Below are positions 19,012-28,493 of a DNA stretch of 64,000 bases, one piece after another. Position 1 is the first letter of the stretch, and each line of letters opens with the position of its first letter. This DNA comes from Treponemataceae bacterium (lineage in GTDB: Bacteria > Spirochaetota > Spirochaetia > Treponematales > Rectinemataceae): NCBI GenBank assembly GCA_963667725.2, contig CAXXHO010000003.1, positions 1,472,001-1,536,000 on the forward strand, written 5' to 3'. The position numbers and the translations under genes are program-made. Below the pieces are notes generated by a model. The model was not told the origin of the DNA. It saw nothing but the letters and a program-made list of their open reading frames with translations, and did no database searches.

Positions 19012-19470
19012 ATGAAAACAGTAAACGACATACTCAAGATGAAAGGATCCAAGGTCATAACCGTCGATTCGGACGCGATCGTCGTCAACGCCCTCGCGCT
19101 CATGGCGGAGAACAACATTGGCGCCGTCCTTGTCACGGACAAGTCGGGCAACGTTTCCGGCATTTTTTCCGAAAGGGATTTCGTCCGAAAGATAATCGTC
19201 AAGGGCCGGAACAGCGAAACGGCGCGCGTGGCCGAACTCATGACCGCCGATCCAATAGCGGTAGGTCCCGAAGCCTCGCTTGGCGAGTGCATGAATCTGA
19301 TGACAGACCATAAATTCCGTCACCTTCCCGTCATGAAGAACGGCCGGCTCATAGGAATCATATCCATCGGCGATGTCGTGAAAGCGCTCATCGACGATCA
19401 GGACAAGATAATATCCGAGCAGGCCTTCGAACTGGGCCAGATCGAGCGCACGAATATGGGAGCCATCTGA
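19012..19470 (+). CDS. CBS domain pair protein
   Basis: GIFSERD, FRHLPV, GIISIGDVVK. Confidence 0.93.
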   Translation: MKTVNDILKMKGSKVITVDSDAIVVNALALMAENNIGAVLVTDKSGNVSGIFSERDFVRKIIVKGRNSETARVAELMTADPIAVGPEASLGECMNLMTDHKFRHLPVMKNGRLIGIISIGDVVKALIDDQDKIISEQAFELGQIERTNMGAI

Positions 19471-19490
19471 AAGCCTGCCCGCGAACATCC

Positions 19491-20308
19491 TCAGATTGAG
19501 GATATCCATGCCTGGGCGGCTATGCCGAAGGCGACGGCGACATTTATGGAAGCCTTGATTCCCCGCATGGGGATGCTTACGCGACGCCCTTCGGCCAGGG
19601 CAAGACACGATTCGGAAACGCCCAGCTCTTCCGATCCGAGGATAAGCAGTCCTCTGTCGGGAAAGACGAACGTGTCCAGGGACAGCCCCCCAATTCAAGA
19701 GCGAAGACAGGCCCAAAGCCCGGCAATTCATCGGGGGAGCAGCGCCTCCAGGGGATGAGGTCCACGGCTCCCATGGATGAGCGCAGCGCCCTGGGATGCA
19801 GAGGATCGGCGCAGCCTGCCGAGAGGAGGATTTCCTCGAAGCCGAGCGCTTCGGCAGTCCTCAGGATGGTGCCGACATTGAAGGGCGAGCGTATGTCCTC
19901 GAGGTAAACCTTGAGTCCCGGAAGGAAGGCGCGCGCTAGGCCCTCAGCCGCGCTTGCCCTGGGCGAGACGAAGTCGTGGAGATCCCAGTCCGCAGGAGCT
20001 TGGCCTGAAATCCTCATGAGCACATGGCGAAAATCGTCGATGGCGCGGAAGGCAAGGGGATATTCCAGCCGGGCGAGACCCTTGAGGCAAGCACCGGCAG
20101 CCGCGGCAAGCTCGGGAGAGGATTCAGCCTCGCCGGCCAGAAAGGCGGCCAGGTCGCGGGCGTAGGCGAGCAGTTCGGCCATGCGCGGCGTGACGGACGA
20201 TCCGTCGCCGATTTCGGAAAGCTCAAGCTGCGCCCTCTCGAGAAGGATGGCGCATTTGCGCGTCCTCGCGACGCCGTGGAGCTTGGAAAGCAGTCTCACC
20301 TGGATCAT
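19491..20308 (-). pseudogene. TrmH/SpoU family RNA methyltransferase with a 1-nt frameshift at a G6 run
   Basis: SPOUT motif 1 (LEDIRSPFNVGTILRTA) is in one frame; motifs 2 and 3 (ILGSEELG, VSIPMRGIKASINVAVA) are in another; the switch is at plus-strand C6 19686-19691. Confidence 0.85.
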
Positions 20309-20315
20309 ACAGCGG

Positions 20316-21050
20316 TCAGCCTTCGGAGCGGCTTTCCTCCGCTTCGTCATCGGTTTCCGATTTGTCGCTCTTGCCCGCCACGAGTACGGCGAACTCGCCT
20401 TTCTGGGGGATTGGGTCGCCCTCCCCTCCGGCGATGCGGGCGGAAAGTTCGGCGGCGCTGCCGATGGCGATCTGTTCATGGATCTTGGTGAGTTCCCTGC
20501 CGATGCAGACCTGGCGCCCGGGCGCGAGACCCGCAATGTCCGCGATAAGTTTGGCGATCCTGAAGGGAGATTCGTAGAGCATGAAGGCTTCTTCCCTCTC
20601 CAGGAGGGCGGCGAGGCGCGCGCGGCGCCGGGAAGCCTTGGGGCTCATGAAGCCGTCGAAGAGGAGGCCCCGGCCGCCGAAGCCACAGGCGCTCACGAGG
20701 GTGGCGAAGGCCGAGGGGCCGGGTATCGGGATGACGCGGTGGCCGGCCGCGCGCGCCGAACGGACGAGCACGGCTCCCGGGTCGGAGAGTCCGGGCGTGC
20801 CCGCGTCGGTGCAGTAGGCCACTTTCTTGCCGGCATCGAGAAGGGAGATGATGCGCGCCGAAGCCCTGAGCTCGTCGTTCGCGTGACAGGAGACAAGGGG
20901 TTTCGCGATGGCGAAATGGTTGAGGAGCTGGAGGGTGTGCCTCGTATCCTCACAGGCTATGGTATCGGCGTTTTTCAGGGTTTCGAGCGCCCTCAGCGTT
21001 ATATCCCCAAGATTTCCTATCGGCGTTCCCACGATATAAAGTTCACCCAT
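20316..21050 (-). CDS. rsmI: 16S rRNA (cytidine1402-2'-O)-methyltransferase
   Basis: LYIVGTPIGNLGDIT, CEDTR, DAGTPGLSDPG, YESPFR, RELTKIHE. Confidence 0.96.
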   Translation of the reverse strand: MGELYIVGTPIGNLGDITLRALETLKNADTIACEDTRHTLQLLNHFAIAKPLVSCHANDELRASARIISLLDAGKKVAYCTDAGTPGLSDPGAVLVRSARAAGHRVIPIPGPSAFATLVSACGFGGRGLLFDGFMSPKASRRRARLAALLEREEAFMLYESPFRIAKLIADIAGLAPGRQVCIGRELTKIHEQIAIGSAAELSARIAGGEGDPIPQKGEFAVLVAGKSDKSETDDEAEESRSEG

Positions 21051-21179
21051 CGCCCGATTCTCCTCATTGCTTGCTTTTTTTATTGTACAGAAGCGGCCGC
21101 GCTTGCGGAAGCGGTTTCAAAGCGCGGGTATCGCGCGCCAAAGCTCGACAAAGCAGGCAAATGAAGGTATTTTAGCAGC

Positions 21180-22304
21180 ATGACATCAGGTACCACCAAG
21201 AAACAGATATTCCTCATTTTTTTCATAGCCTTGTTCCTGCTCGTGGCAAGACTCTTCTATCCATTTTTAACGGTTATCCTGTGGTCCGGCGTGATCTACG
21301 CCTTCATCGCCCCGCTGTATGAGCGTTGCGCAAAGGTTTTCACCAAGCGCGACAAGCTCTCCCAGAAAAAGCGATCCGTGGTGGAGAATATTCTCGGCGG
21401 CATCTTCGCCGTCCTGGGAGTCCTCGTCCTGGCTGTTCCCTTCACCTTCCTCTTCATAGCCCTTCTCAAACAGGTCGTCGATCTATCCGGCAACATGATA
21501 AGGGTCATCGAGGAACATCCGGACATTTTCTCCCTGAGCCACACGAGTCCCATAGGCGGCTTCGTCTATCGGCTGTCGGCCGGCGCCATAGACCTGAGCG
21601 GCATCGATGTCCTCCACGAGGCGAAGGGCTTCCTCATCGCCAGTTCCAGCCGGATCATCGGTTTCTCTGGCACCATCCTCAAGAACGGCGTCTCACTATT
21701 GACCACCCTGGCCTTCATGATATTCACCTTGTATTTCCTTCTCGTCGACGGCAAGCACCTGGCTTCCCTCGTCGTTTCCGCCGTGCCGATCGAGCGCACC
21801 TACACGAAAATGTTCATGCAGAAAATGAGCGAATCCGGACGCCAGCTCGTCCTGGGATTTTTCCTCGTCGCCATCTATCAGGCTGTCGTGATGTTCATTC
21901 TCAGCCTCATTTTCAAGCTCGAGGGACCGCTCGTACTGGCCTCGCTCACCGCCGTCGCATCCTTCATACCCATGGTGGGAACCTCGCTCGTCTGGATTCC
22001 CATCTCCCTCTATATGGGGCTTACCGGCGATGTCGGAAGGGCGCTTCTGTTCTGCGCGCTGGCCGGCTTTTTCGTTTCATTCACCGACAACTTCCTGAGG
22101 CCGATGGTGCTGGGCGACAGGCTGAAGATGCATCCCCTCCTCATCTTTTTCGCCATCGTCGGGGGTTTGAGCATTTTTGGTTTCAACGGGCTCATAATGG
22201 GTCCGCTTATCGTGATTATCTTTTTCTCGGCCGTCGAGCTCTATGACCAGATCGATCAAGTCAAGGCAACCAATCCAGGCAGCGACGAGCAGAGTTCCTC
22301 GTAG
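21180..22304 (+). CDS. AI-2E family transporter
   Basis: Polytopic; IPMVGTSLVWIP, DNFLRP, HPLLIFFAIVGG..FGFNGLIMGP. Confidence 0.92.
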   Translation: MTSGTTKKQIFLIFFIALFLLVARLFYPFLTVILWSGVIYAFIAPLYERCAKVFTKRDKLSQKKRSVVENILGGIFAVLGVLVLAVPFTFLFIALLKQVVDLSGNMIRVIEEHPDIFSLSHTSPIGGFVYRLSAGAIDLSGIDVLHEAKGFLIASSSRIIGFSGTILKNGVSLLTTLAFMIFTLYFLLVDGKHLASLVVSAVPIERTYTKMFMQKMSESGRQLVLGFFLVAIYQAVVMFILSLIFKLEGPLVLASLTAVASFIPMVGTSLVWIPISLYMGLTGDVGRALLFCALAGFFVSFTDNFLRPMVLGDRLKMHPLLIFFAIVGGLSIFGFNGLIMGPLIVIIFFSAVELYDQIDQVKATNPGSDEQSSS

Positions 22305-23110
22305 AAGGAATCGGCGACGGGGATTCCCCCCGCCGTCCTTCCGAGGCCGCAGGCCGGCTTCTCCGCGTTGTGGAAGTCCGATCCCGCCGTGACGAGAAAT
22401 CCTCGTTCCCTCGCCATATGTTCCAATATCCTGCACTGCCCCAATTTAGCCGTCGGATGATAGGCTTCGATGCCTTCCACGCCCGCTTCCTTCCATTCGT
22501 CCATGAGGGTGGCGAGTCTTGTCTTGCTGACAAAGAGCGAGTACGGATGCGCTATGACGGCTACGCCTCCAGAGTCTTTTATGAGGCGGAGGGCTTTGGC
22601 GAAGGGGAGACAATCCTTGGGAAGGTAAAACGGTTTCCCTTTGCCGAGGAACCGATCGAAGGCTTCCTGTTTCGTGCGCACTATCTTGCGTCTCATGAGG
22701 GCTTCGGCCAGGTGCGGCCGACCTATGCGTTCGGTTCCGGCTATCTCCGCTATCTCATCGAGATCGATCGAGATGCCGTCGACATGGAAAAGTTCGACGA
22801 TGCGCTCGTTCCTGATCACTCGCGCCTCGGCCAGGAGGGAGAGGGCCTCGAGGAGTCCCGAGCCGTTTTCGTCTATCCCCAAGCCTAGAAGGTGGAATTC
22901 TCCCGGATCGAAGTCGATTTCGATCTCCACGCCGGACACGAAGGCCAGGGAGAGTTCGGCCGCGCGGCGGCGAGCCTCGGCCACGCCCGCCACCGTGTCA
23001 TGATCGGTGAGGGCGAGGGCTTTGAGGCCCGTTTTTTTGGCAAGATTTACCAGCTCGACGGGAGAAAGCGCTCCGTCGGAAGCGGTCGAATGGGTGTGGA
23101 GATCGATCAT
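22256..23110 (-). CDS. PHP-domain phosphoesterase (YciV/TrpH-like)
   Basis: DLHTHSTASDG, TDHD, GRPH, AHP, GSDFH. Confidence 0.92.
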   Translation of the reverse strand: MIDLHTHSTASDGALSPVELVNLAKKTGLKALALTDHDTVAGVAEARRRAAELSLAFVSGVEIEIDFDPGEFHLLGLGIDENGSGLLEALSLLAEARVIRNERIVELFHVDGISIDLDEIAEIAGTERIGRPHLAEALMRRKIVRTKQEAFDRFLGKGKPFYLPKDCLPFAKALRLIKDSGGVAVIAHPYSLFVSKTRLATLMDEWKEAGVEGIEAYHPTAKLGQCRILEHMARERGFLVTAGSDFHNAEKPACGLGRTAGGIPVADSFYEELCSSLPGLVALT

Positions 23111-24030
23111 CGCTGCAGCAGGGGGCCAGTGCCCCGCTCGCCGTAACCGTATATCGGCAGGGGCCGGCTCAGCGCGCCGGAGACGAGGCCGACGAATCTC
23201 ATGACCGCTTCATCGGAAAGGGCGCTGATTCCGGCTTCCAGAGGCGCGCGAGCGAGCGTGTATACTTGGATGGCGTTGATGGCGGCGCCTTTTTCCAGCA
23301 TGGCGTTGACGCGGACGGCGTAGGACAGGGCTTCGGCATCGTCGGCGGCACAGGTGGCGCCGGAAGCGGTGACGGCTTTAGCAGCGGCGCCGACGGCCCC
23401 GTCGGCGGCGCCATCCATGCCGCAGATCATGGTCTGGATGGTGACGGGCGTCGATCGGGCGAAATTCCCGAGGGCTTCCGAAATGTCGTCGAGGCTATAG
23501 GATGAGCGCGACATGAGGGCGAAGCGTTCCTGGCTGCCGGCGTCGAGTTTCGCCCAAATCTCCAGGGGTTCGCGGCGCGCGAACTCGGCCAGGCGGCGCG
23601 CGGTCTCCTCAGCCATAAAGCCGGTTGAATTAGTGATGATGACGATGGGGCAGGCGCCGGGGACGAGGATGTCCTGATGTCGGCGCCGCGCCGCGGCGCA
23701 GATTTCGAGGGCTTCCCAAAGATGCGGCGAAAGCGTGGGTTCGCCGTTGCCCGAAACGCAGAGGTCGCGGACGGGCCGCGGCGCCCATGCCGCTTTGTAG
23801 CCCACGGCGAGAAAAGCTTCCAGTTCATCTTCAAGCGCCTCCGCGGAAAAAACCCTGCTACCGGCAAAGGGCCGCACCTCGCAATAGGGGCAGTCGAAGC
23901 TGCAGCGCTTGCCGTCGGGAAAGAGATTGATTCCCACGGAGAGGCCGCCCGAGCGCCTCGAAACGACAGGGTAGACCAGCGAGGACTGATCCGCTCCCCT
24001 GTCGTGAACTGAAACGGTGTATTTTCCCAT
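23107..24030 (-). CDS. Radical SAM protein
   Basis: CSFDCPYC, SGNGEPT; start trimmed to ATG 24030 because the longer ORF crosses the his leader. Confidence 0.88.
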   Translation of the reverse strand: MGKYTVSVHDRGADQSSLVYPVVSRRSGGLSVGINLFPDGKRCSFDCPYCEVRPFAGSRVFSAEALEDELEAFLAVGYKAAWAPRPVRDLCVSGNGEPTLSPHLWEALEICAAARRRHQDILVPGACPIVIITNSTGFMAEETARRLAEFARREPLEIWAKLDAGSQERFALMSRSSYSLDDISEALGNFARSTPVTIQTMICGMDGAADGAVGAAAKAVTASGATCAADDAEALSYAVRVNAMLEKGAAINAIQVYTLARAPLEAGISALSDEAVMRFVGLVSGALSRPLPIYGYGERGTGPLLQR

Positions 24031-24138
24031 ATGTATGATGTCATAGTAACGCCAAAATGAAAAATTATGCAATATTGAGCGGATTTCTGACAAGGTTATT
24101 GACAAATGCCCCCATATCATGTTTCTATGGGCAACATC

Positions 24139-24231
24139 ATGAATAGCACTGTCAGCGCCACGAACGGGTTCACGACCCTCCATCATAGCCACGGTCATCA
24201 TCTCAGATCGCCGGGGTCGAGTAGGGCTTAG
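24139..24231 (+). CDS. hisL: his operon leader peptide
   Basis: MNSTVSATNGFTTLHHSHGHHLRSPGSSRA* (alternative in-frame ATG at 24127); 5 His in 7 codons; TTGACA at 24099. Confidence 0.85.
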   Translation: MNSTVSATNGFTTLHHSHGHHLRSPGSSRA

Positions 24232-24259
24232 ATCCGTTAAGGGATAAAGCATGCTATGG

Positions 24260-24294
24260 AAAACGCCGGCTCGCCAAAGCCGGCGTTTTTATTT
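24260..24294 (+). terminator. his attenuator terminator
   Basis: AAAACGCCGGCT-cgccaa-AGCCGGCGTTTTTATTT between the leader and hisG. Confidence 0.85.
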
Positions 24295-24368
24295 AGAGAA
24301 CCGTGGATCGCGACGGTTTCCCTGAAGAGCGCCGGCAGCCAAGACGGGCGCGGCAAAAGGGAGACACT

Positions 24369-25301
24369 ATGGATAATTCGGACAATCTTCTGAGAATCGG
24401 GCTGCCCAAGGGCAGGATGCAGGGCAAAGTCATCCAGCTCCTCTCCGACGCCGGCCTGCCCGTGAACGTCGACGAGAGGGAATACCGCCCGAGAATTGGC
24501 GGCGATTCCTCCAGCGCGGTCGGCTCGACCATGCTCCAGTACGAAGCGAAACTCCTCAAACCCCAGAACATCGTCGAAATGCTCGCCTCAGGCAGCCGCG
24601 ACATCGGTTTCGCCGGCGCGGATTGGGTTAAGGAACTCGATGTCGACCTCGTCGAGCTCTTCGACACGGGCATGGACCCCGTCAGCGTGGTGGCCGCCGC
24701 GCCGGAAACCCTCATGGCCAAAATCGGCTCGCTCGCCAACCCAAAAATATCCTGGGAAGAAGCCTGCGGCAGGACCCCCGTCATCGCCTCCGAATACCAG
24801 ACGATAGCCAGGAAATGGATGAAGAAACACATCGCGGGCGCGACCTTCATCCGATCCTACGGCGCCACCGAAGTGTTCCCCCCCGAGGACGCCGACCTCA
24901 TCGTCGATAACTGCGCGACGGGAAGCACGCTCAGGGCGAACGGCCTTGTCATCATCGACACGATCATGAAAAGCTCCACCCGCCTCTACGCTTCCCGGAA
25001 AGCGATGGAAAACCCGGCCAAGCGGGAAGCGGCCGACGCCCTCATCCTGATCCTTCGCTCCGTCCTGGAAGCGAGGAGAAGGGTCATGCTGGAAGTCAAC
25101 GTTTCCGCGGCCGACCTGGAATCAGTCATCAGCATCCTGCCCTGCCTCAGATCCCCCACTCTTTCCCCCCTCGAAGGAGGCAAGGACTTCGCCGTGCGCG
25201 TCGCCGCTCCCCGCGACAAGCTGGCTGCCCTCATCCCCGAAATCAAGCGCCGCGGCGGCACCGACATCGTCGTCACCCAGCTCAGCCAGCTCGTGCCATG
25301 A
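24369..25301 (+). CDS. hisG: ATP phosphoribosyltransferase (long form)
   Basis: IGLPKGRM, DIGFAGADW, SYGATE, IVDNCATGSTLRANGL, C-terminal regulatory domain; AAGGGAG RBS. Confidence 0.95.
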   Translation: MDNSDNLLRIGLPKGRMQGKVIQLLSDAGLPVNVDEREYRPRIGGDSSSAVGSTMLQYEAKLLKPQNIVEMLASGSRDIGFAGADWVKELDVDLVELFDTGMDPVSVVAAAPETLMAKIGSLANPKISWEEACGRTPVIASEYQTIARKWMKKHIAGATFIRSYGATEVFPPEDADLIVDNCATGSTLRANGLVIIDTIMKSSTRLYASRKAMENPAKREAADALILILRSVLEARRRVMLEVNVSAADLESVISILPCLRSPTLSPLEGGKDFAVRVAAPRDKLAALIPEIKRRGGTDIVVTQLSQLVP

Positions 25302-26344
25302 AGGAGTGCCCCATCGTGGAAAAAACCGACTGGCTCAAGATCGACGCCAACGAAGGCCGCTGCATCCTGAGCGAGGAGCAGCTGGCCAGAGTCCTTTCTC
25401 CCGAGGTCGCGCGCCGCTACCCCAGGGCCGATCTTCTGGAAAAGGATATCGCCGCCTTCTTCAAGGTCGACGAGAATCAGGTCATCGCGACCGCCGGAGC
25501 CGACGACGCCATAGAGAGGGTCTTCAGGGCTCTGACCGGCCCTGGCTCCAAAATCCTCACGACGGTGCCTGGTTTCGTCGAATTCCTCGACGCGGCGAAA
25601 AGGACAAAGGCGACATTCGTCCCCGTCCGCAGGGAACCGATATCGGCCTTCCCCGCCGAAAAATTCTGTTCCCTCATCGATTCCGAAAAACCGGCCATCG
25701 CCATAGTCGCCAGCCCCGACAATCCGGCAGGCACCATGCTCGCGCTGGATGACTTCAGGAAGATAACAGCCGCCTGCGCAGCGCGTGGTAGCCTCTTTCT
25801 CCTCGATGTCACCTACATCGACTTCGCCGACGATACGTCGATTTTCGACGAGGCGCTGAAAACGCCCGGTGTCCTCCTCACCGGGAGTTTCTCCAAATCC
25901 AGGGGACTGGCCGGCTTCAGGGCAGGCTGGGGCATGACGGGCAAGGCGACCGCGGGCATCATCGCGAGCATGAGGGAAGCAGGCCCGCCCTTCTCCCTCT
26001 CGTCGCCCGCCATCGAGGCGGCCCGTCTCGCCCTCGCCGAAGGCAGGGAAGGATATGCCGGATTCGTGAAACGCGTCGCCGAAGAACGGAAAATACTGAA
26101 AGGGATCCTCGACGGCATGGGTGCGAGGACATGGCCATCCCAGGCCAACTTCGTGAGCGCCCTCGTGCCTGACGCCGAAAAATTCGTCCTCGCGCTCAGG
26201 GCTCGGGGAATACTCATCCGCTACTGGCCGGGCAGCCCCGACGCCGAAGGTCTCGTGCGCATCACCTGTCCCGGCGAAAAGGTATCATTCGACAGACTGC
26301 GATCGGCGCTTTCGCGCATGGAGGCATTTTCATGGAAAGCTTGA
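25298..26344 (+). CDS. hisC: Histidinol-phosphate aminotransferase
   Basis: DANE, RYP, SPDNPAG, SFSKSRGLAGFR (PLP Lys), SQANFV; operon context. Confidence 0.9.
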   Translation: MKECPIVEKTDWLKIDANEGRCILSEEQLARVLSPEVARRYPRADLLEKDIAAFFKVDENQVIATAGADDAIERVFRALTGPGSKILTTVPGFVEFLDAAKRTKATFVPVRREPISAFPAEKFCSLIDSEKPAIAIVASPDNPAGTMLALDDFRKITAACAARGSLFLLDVTYIDFADDTSIFDEALKTPGVLLTGSFSKSRGLAGFRAGWGMTGKATAGIIASMREAGPPFSLSSPAIEAARLALAEGREGYAGFVKRVAEERKILKGILDGMGARTWPSQANFVSALVPDAEKFVLALRARGILIRYWPGSPDAEGLVRITCPGEKVSFDRLRSALSRMEAFSWKA

Positions 26345-27024
26345 AGAACGGCAGAACCGCGTCAAGGACGAAACAGACCTACATCGTCGCCACGAGAGAG
26401 AGCAGGGAGACAAGTATAAAGGTCGAACTCGGCCTCTTTCCCGGCCCCATCTCGATCGGCACCGGCATCGGTTTCCTGGATCATATGCTGACGAGCCTGG
26501 CCTGCCACGCGGGATGGTCCCTCGCCCTCGACTGCGAAGGCGACATGGTCGTGGACGACCACCACAGCGTCGAGGACTGCGCCATCACGCTAGGGATCGC
26601 CCTCAGGGAAGCCATCGTCGAGCGCGGCGCCATAGCCCGCTTTGGGTATGCCTACGCTCCCCTGGACGAATCCCTCGCCAGGGCCGTGGTCGACGTCTCG
26701 GGCCGCCCCTTCTGCGACTGCGATCTCCAGTTCGAACGCGAGGCTATCGGCGAATTGGCGACCGAAAATATCGGCCACTTCTTCGCCAGTCTCGCGACGA
26801 ACGCTGGCCTGACCCTCCATGTCGATGTCCTCAAGGGTTCCAACGATCACCACAAGGCGGAAGCCGCCTTCAAGGCGCTCGCGCTCGCGCTGCGGGATGC
26901 GCTCGCCCCGGCTTCTGCCGTGACGTCAGCCTCCGATGCCGAGAATGCCCCGGCAAGCACGAAGGGAACGACGGTGATCAAGGTGACGAAGCGGGAAAAG
27001 GCCGGCGAGGAAAAAAACGAATGA
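26332..27024 (+). CDS. hisB: Imidazoleglycerol-phosphate dehydratase (monofunctional)
   Basis: GFLDHML, DDHHSVED, NDHHKAEAAFKA, STKG. Confidence 0.96.
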   Translation: MESLKNGRTASRTKQTYIVATRESRETSIKVELGLFPGPISIGTGIGFLDHMLTSLACHAGWSLALDCEGDMVVDDHHSVEDCAITLGIALREAIVERGAIARFGYAYAPLDESLARAVVDVSGRPFCDCDLQFEREAIGELATENIGHFFASLATNAGLTLHVDVLKGSNDHHKAEAAFKALALALRDALAPASAVTSASDAENAPASTKGTTVIKVTKREKAGEEKNE

Positions 27025-28493
27025 AAGCGCCCATCCTTACCATAGCGGCCACGGGTGCAGCCAATCTGGCGTCGGTAAAGGCCATGTGCGCCAGAGCCGG
27101 CGTCGAAGCTCTCGTAACCGAAGATCCCGAGGTCCTCTTCAAGGCCGAGAAAGCCCTGCTCCCCGGCGTGGGGGCTTTCGGCGCCGCGCTCGCTAAGCTA
27201 AGGCGCACCGGCCTCGACAAAGCGCTCGTGGCGCGCGTCGATGCAGGCCGTCCAACGATGGGCATATGTCTCGGCATGCAGATGCTCTGCGCTTCGAGCG
27301 AGGAAACCGTAGGCGTGCCAGGCATCGGCGCCATTCCCTGCGCTGTCAAAAAACTCGAGACCGAGCTTCCCCTGCCCCAGCTGGGCTGGAACAGGGTACA
27401 GCCGGCGGCCGGCGACAGTTTCCTCAAGCCAGGCTGGGCCTATTTCGCCAATTCGTACGTGATCGCAAAGGCGCCGGAAGGCTATGTCTCGGCATCCTGC
27501 GCCTACGGAGAGAAGTTCGCCGCGACGCTGGAAGGCCGCTTCGACGCGGCGACGAAGAGGCCGGAAATTCTGCTCTGCCAGTTCCACCCCGAGCTTTCGG
27601 GCCGCTGGGGACTCGATCTTTTCATGCGCTGGATGGGCCTGGACGGTCTGAAAAGCCTAGGAGGCTTGGAAGACCTGGAGGTCCCGAAAGACTCCGCGCC
27701 GAACATGCCAGCCGAGGAAAAAGGAAGAGGAACCGCCACACGCATCATCCCATGCCTCGACATAAAGGGCGGAAGGGTAGTCAAGGGCGTCCGGTTCGAG
27801 AATCTTGTCGATTCGGGGGCACCGGCCGAGCTGGCCGCGCGCTACGAGGCCGAGGGCGCGGACGAAATCGCCCTCCTCGACATCAGCGCCACGCTCGAGG
27901 AAAGGAAGACAGCGCTCGAGTCGGTAGCCGCCGTGAGGCGATCCGTTTCCATCCCCATATCCGTCGGCGGAGGGATAAAAAGCGTCGAGGACGCCGAAAG
28001 GCTCCTGAACGCCGGCGCCGACAGGGTTTCCGTCAACAGCGCCGCGGTACGCGATCCGGGGCTCATCTCGGCCCTCGCGGAGCGCTTCGGCGTCCAATGC
28101 GTCGTCGTAGCCATCGACGCCCGCCGCAGGGCCGCCAATGAAGCCGAATCATGGGAAGTGGTGATAGACGCCGGCAAATCGGCCACAGGCCTCGACGCTG
28201 TGGAATGGGCGCGGCGCTGCGCCGCCCTCGGCGCCGGCGAAATCCTCCTCACTTCCATAGACAGGGACGGGACGGGACTTGGCTACGATTGCGCCCTCGT
28301 CAAAGCGATCGCCGACGCCGCCCGAATCCCCGTCATCGCCTCGGGAGGAGCCACGAGACCCGAGCATTTCCTCGACGGCGTACGCGCGGGGGCGAGCGCC
28401 GTGCTCGGCGCCGGCGCTTTCCACAGAAAAGAACTGGCGATAGTTGACCTTAAACGTTATCTTTCAGTCTGTAGGGTGGAGGTGAGATCATGA
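27021..28493 (+). CDS. hisHF: Fused imidazole glycerol phosphate synthase HisH-HisF
   Basis: PGVG, GICLGMQ, QFHPE, then RIIPCLD..GRVVKG, TSIDRDGTG in one frame; ATGA overlap with hisB. Confidence 0.93.
   Translation: MKAPILTIAATGAANLASVKAMCARAGVEALVTEDPEVLFKAEKALLPGVGAFGAALAKLRRTGLDKALVARVDAGRPTMGICLGMQMLCASSEETVGVPGIGAIPCAVKKLETELPLPQLGWNRVQPAAGDSFLKPGWAYFANSYVIAKAPEGYVSASCAYGEKFAATLEGRFDAATKRPEILLCQFHPELSGRWGLDLFMRWMGLDGLKSLGGLEDLEVPKDSAPNMPAEEKGRGTATRIIPCLDIKGGRVVKGVRFENLVDSGAPAELAARYEAEGADEIALLDISATLEERKTALESVAAVRRSVSIPISVGGGIKSVEDAERLLNAGADRVSVNSAAVRDPGLISALAERFGVQCVVVAIDARRRAANEAESWEVVIDAGKSATGLDAVEWARRCAALGAGEILLTSIDRDGTGLGYDCALVKAIADAARIPVIASGGATRPEHFLDGVRAGASAVLGAGAFHRKELAIVDLKRYLSVCRVEVRS

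Noticed and set aside
24031..24252. N-terminal extension of the radical SAM ORF
   Set aside because: It crosses the divergent promoter and is antisense to the his leader; family-like sequence starts at 24030.
26514..27020. N-terminal extension of the 659-aa ORF
   Set aside because: Out-of-frame shadow over hisB; HisH begins at ATG 27021 (ATGA overlap).
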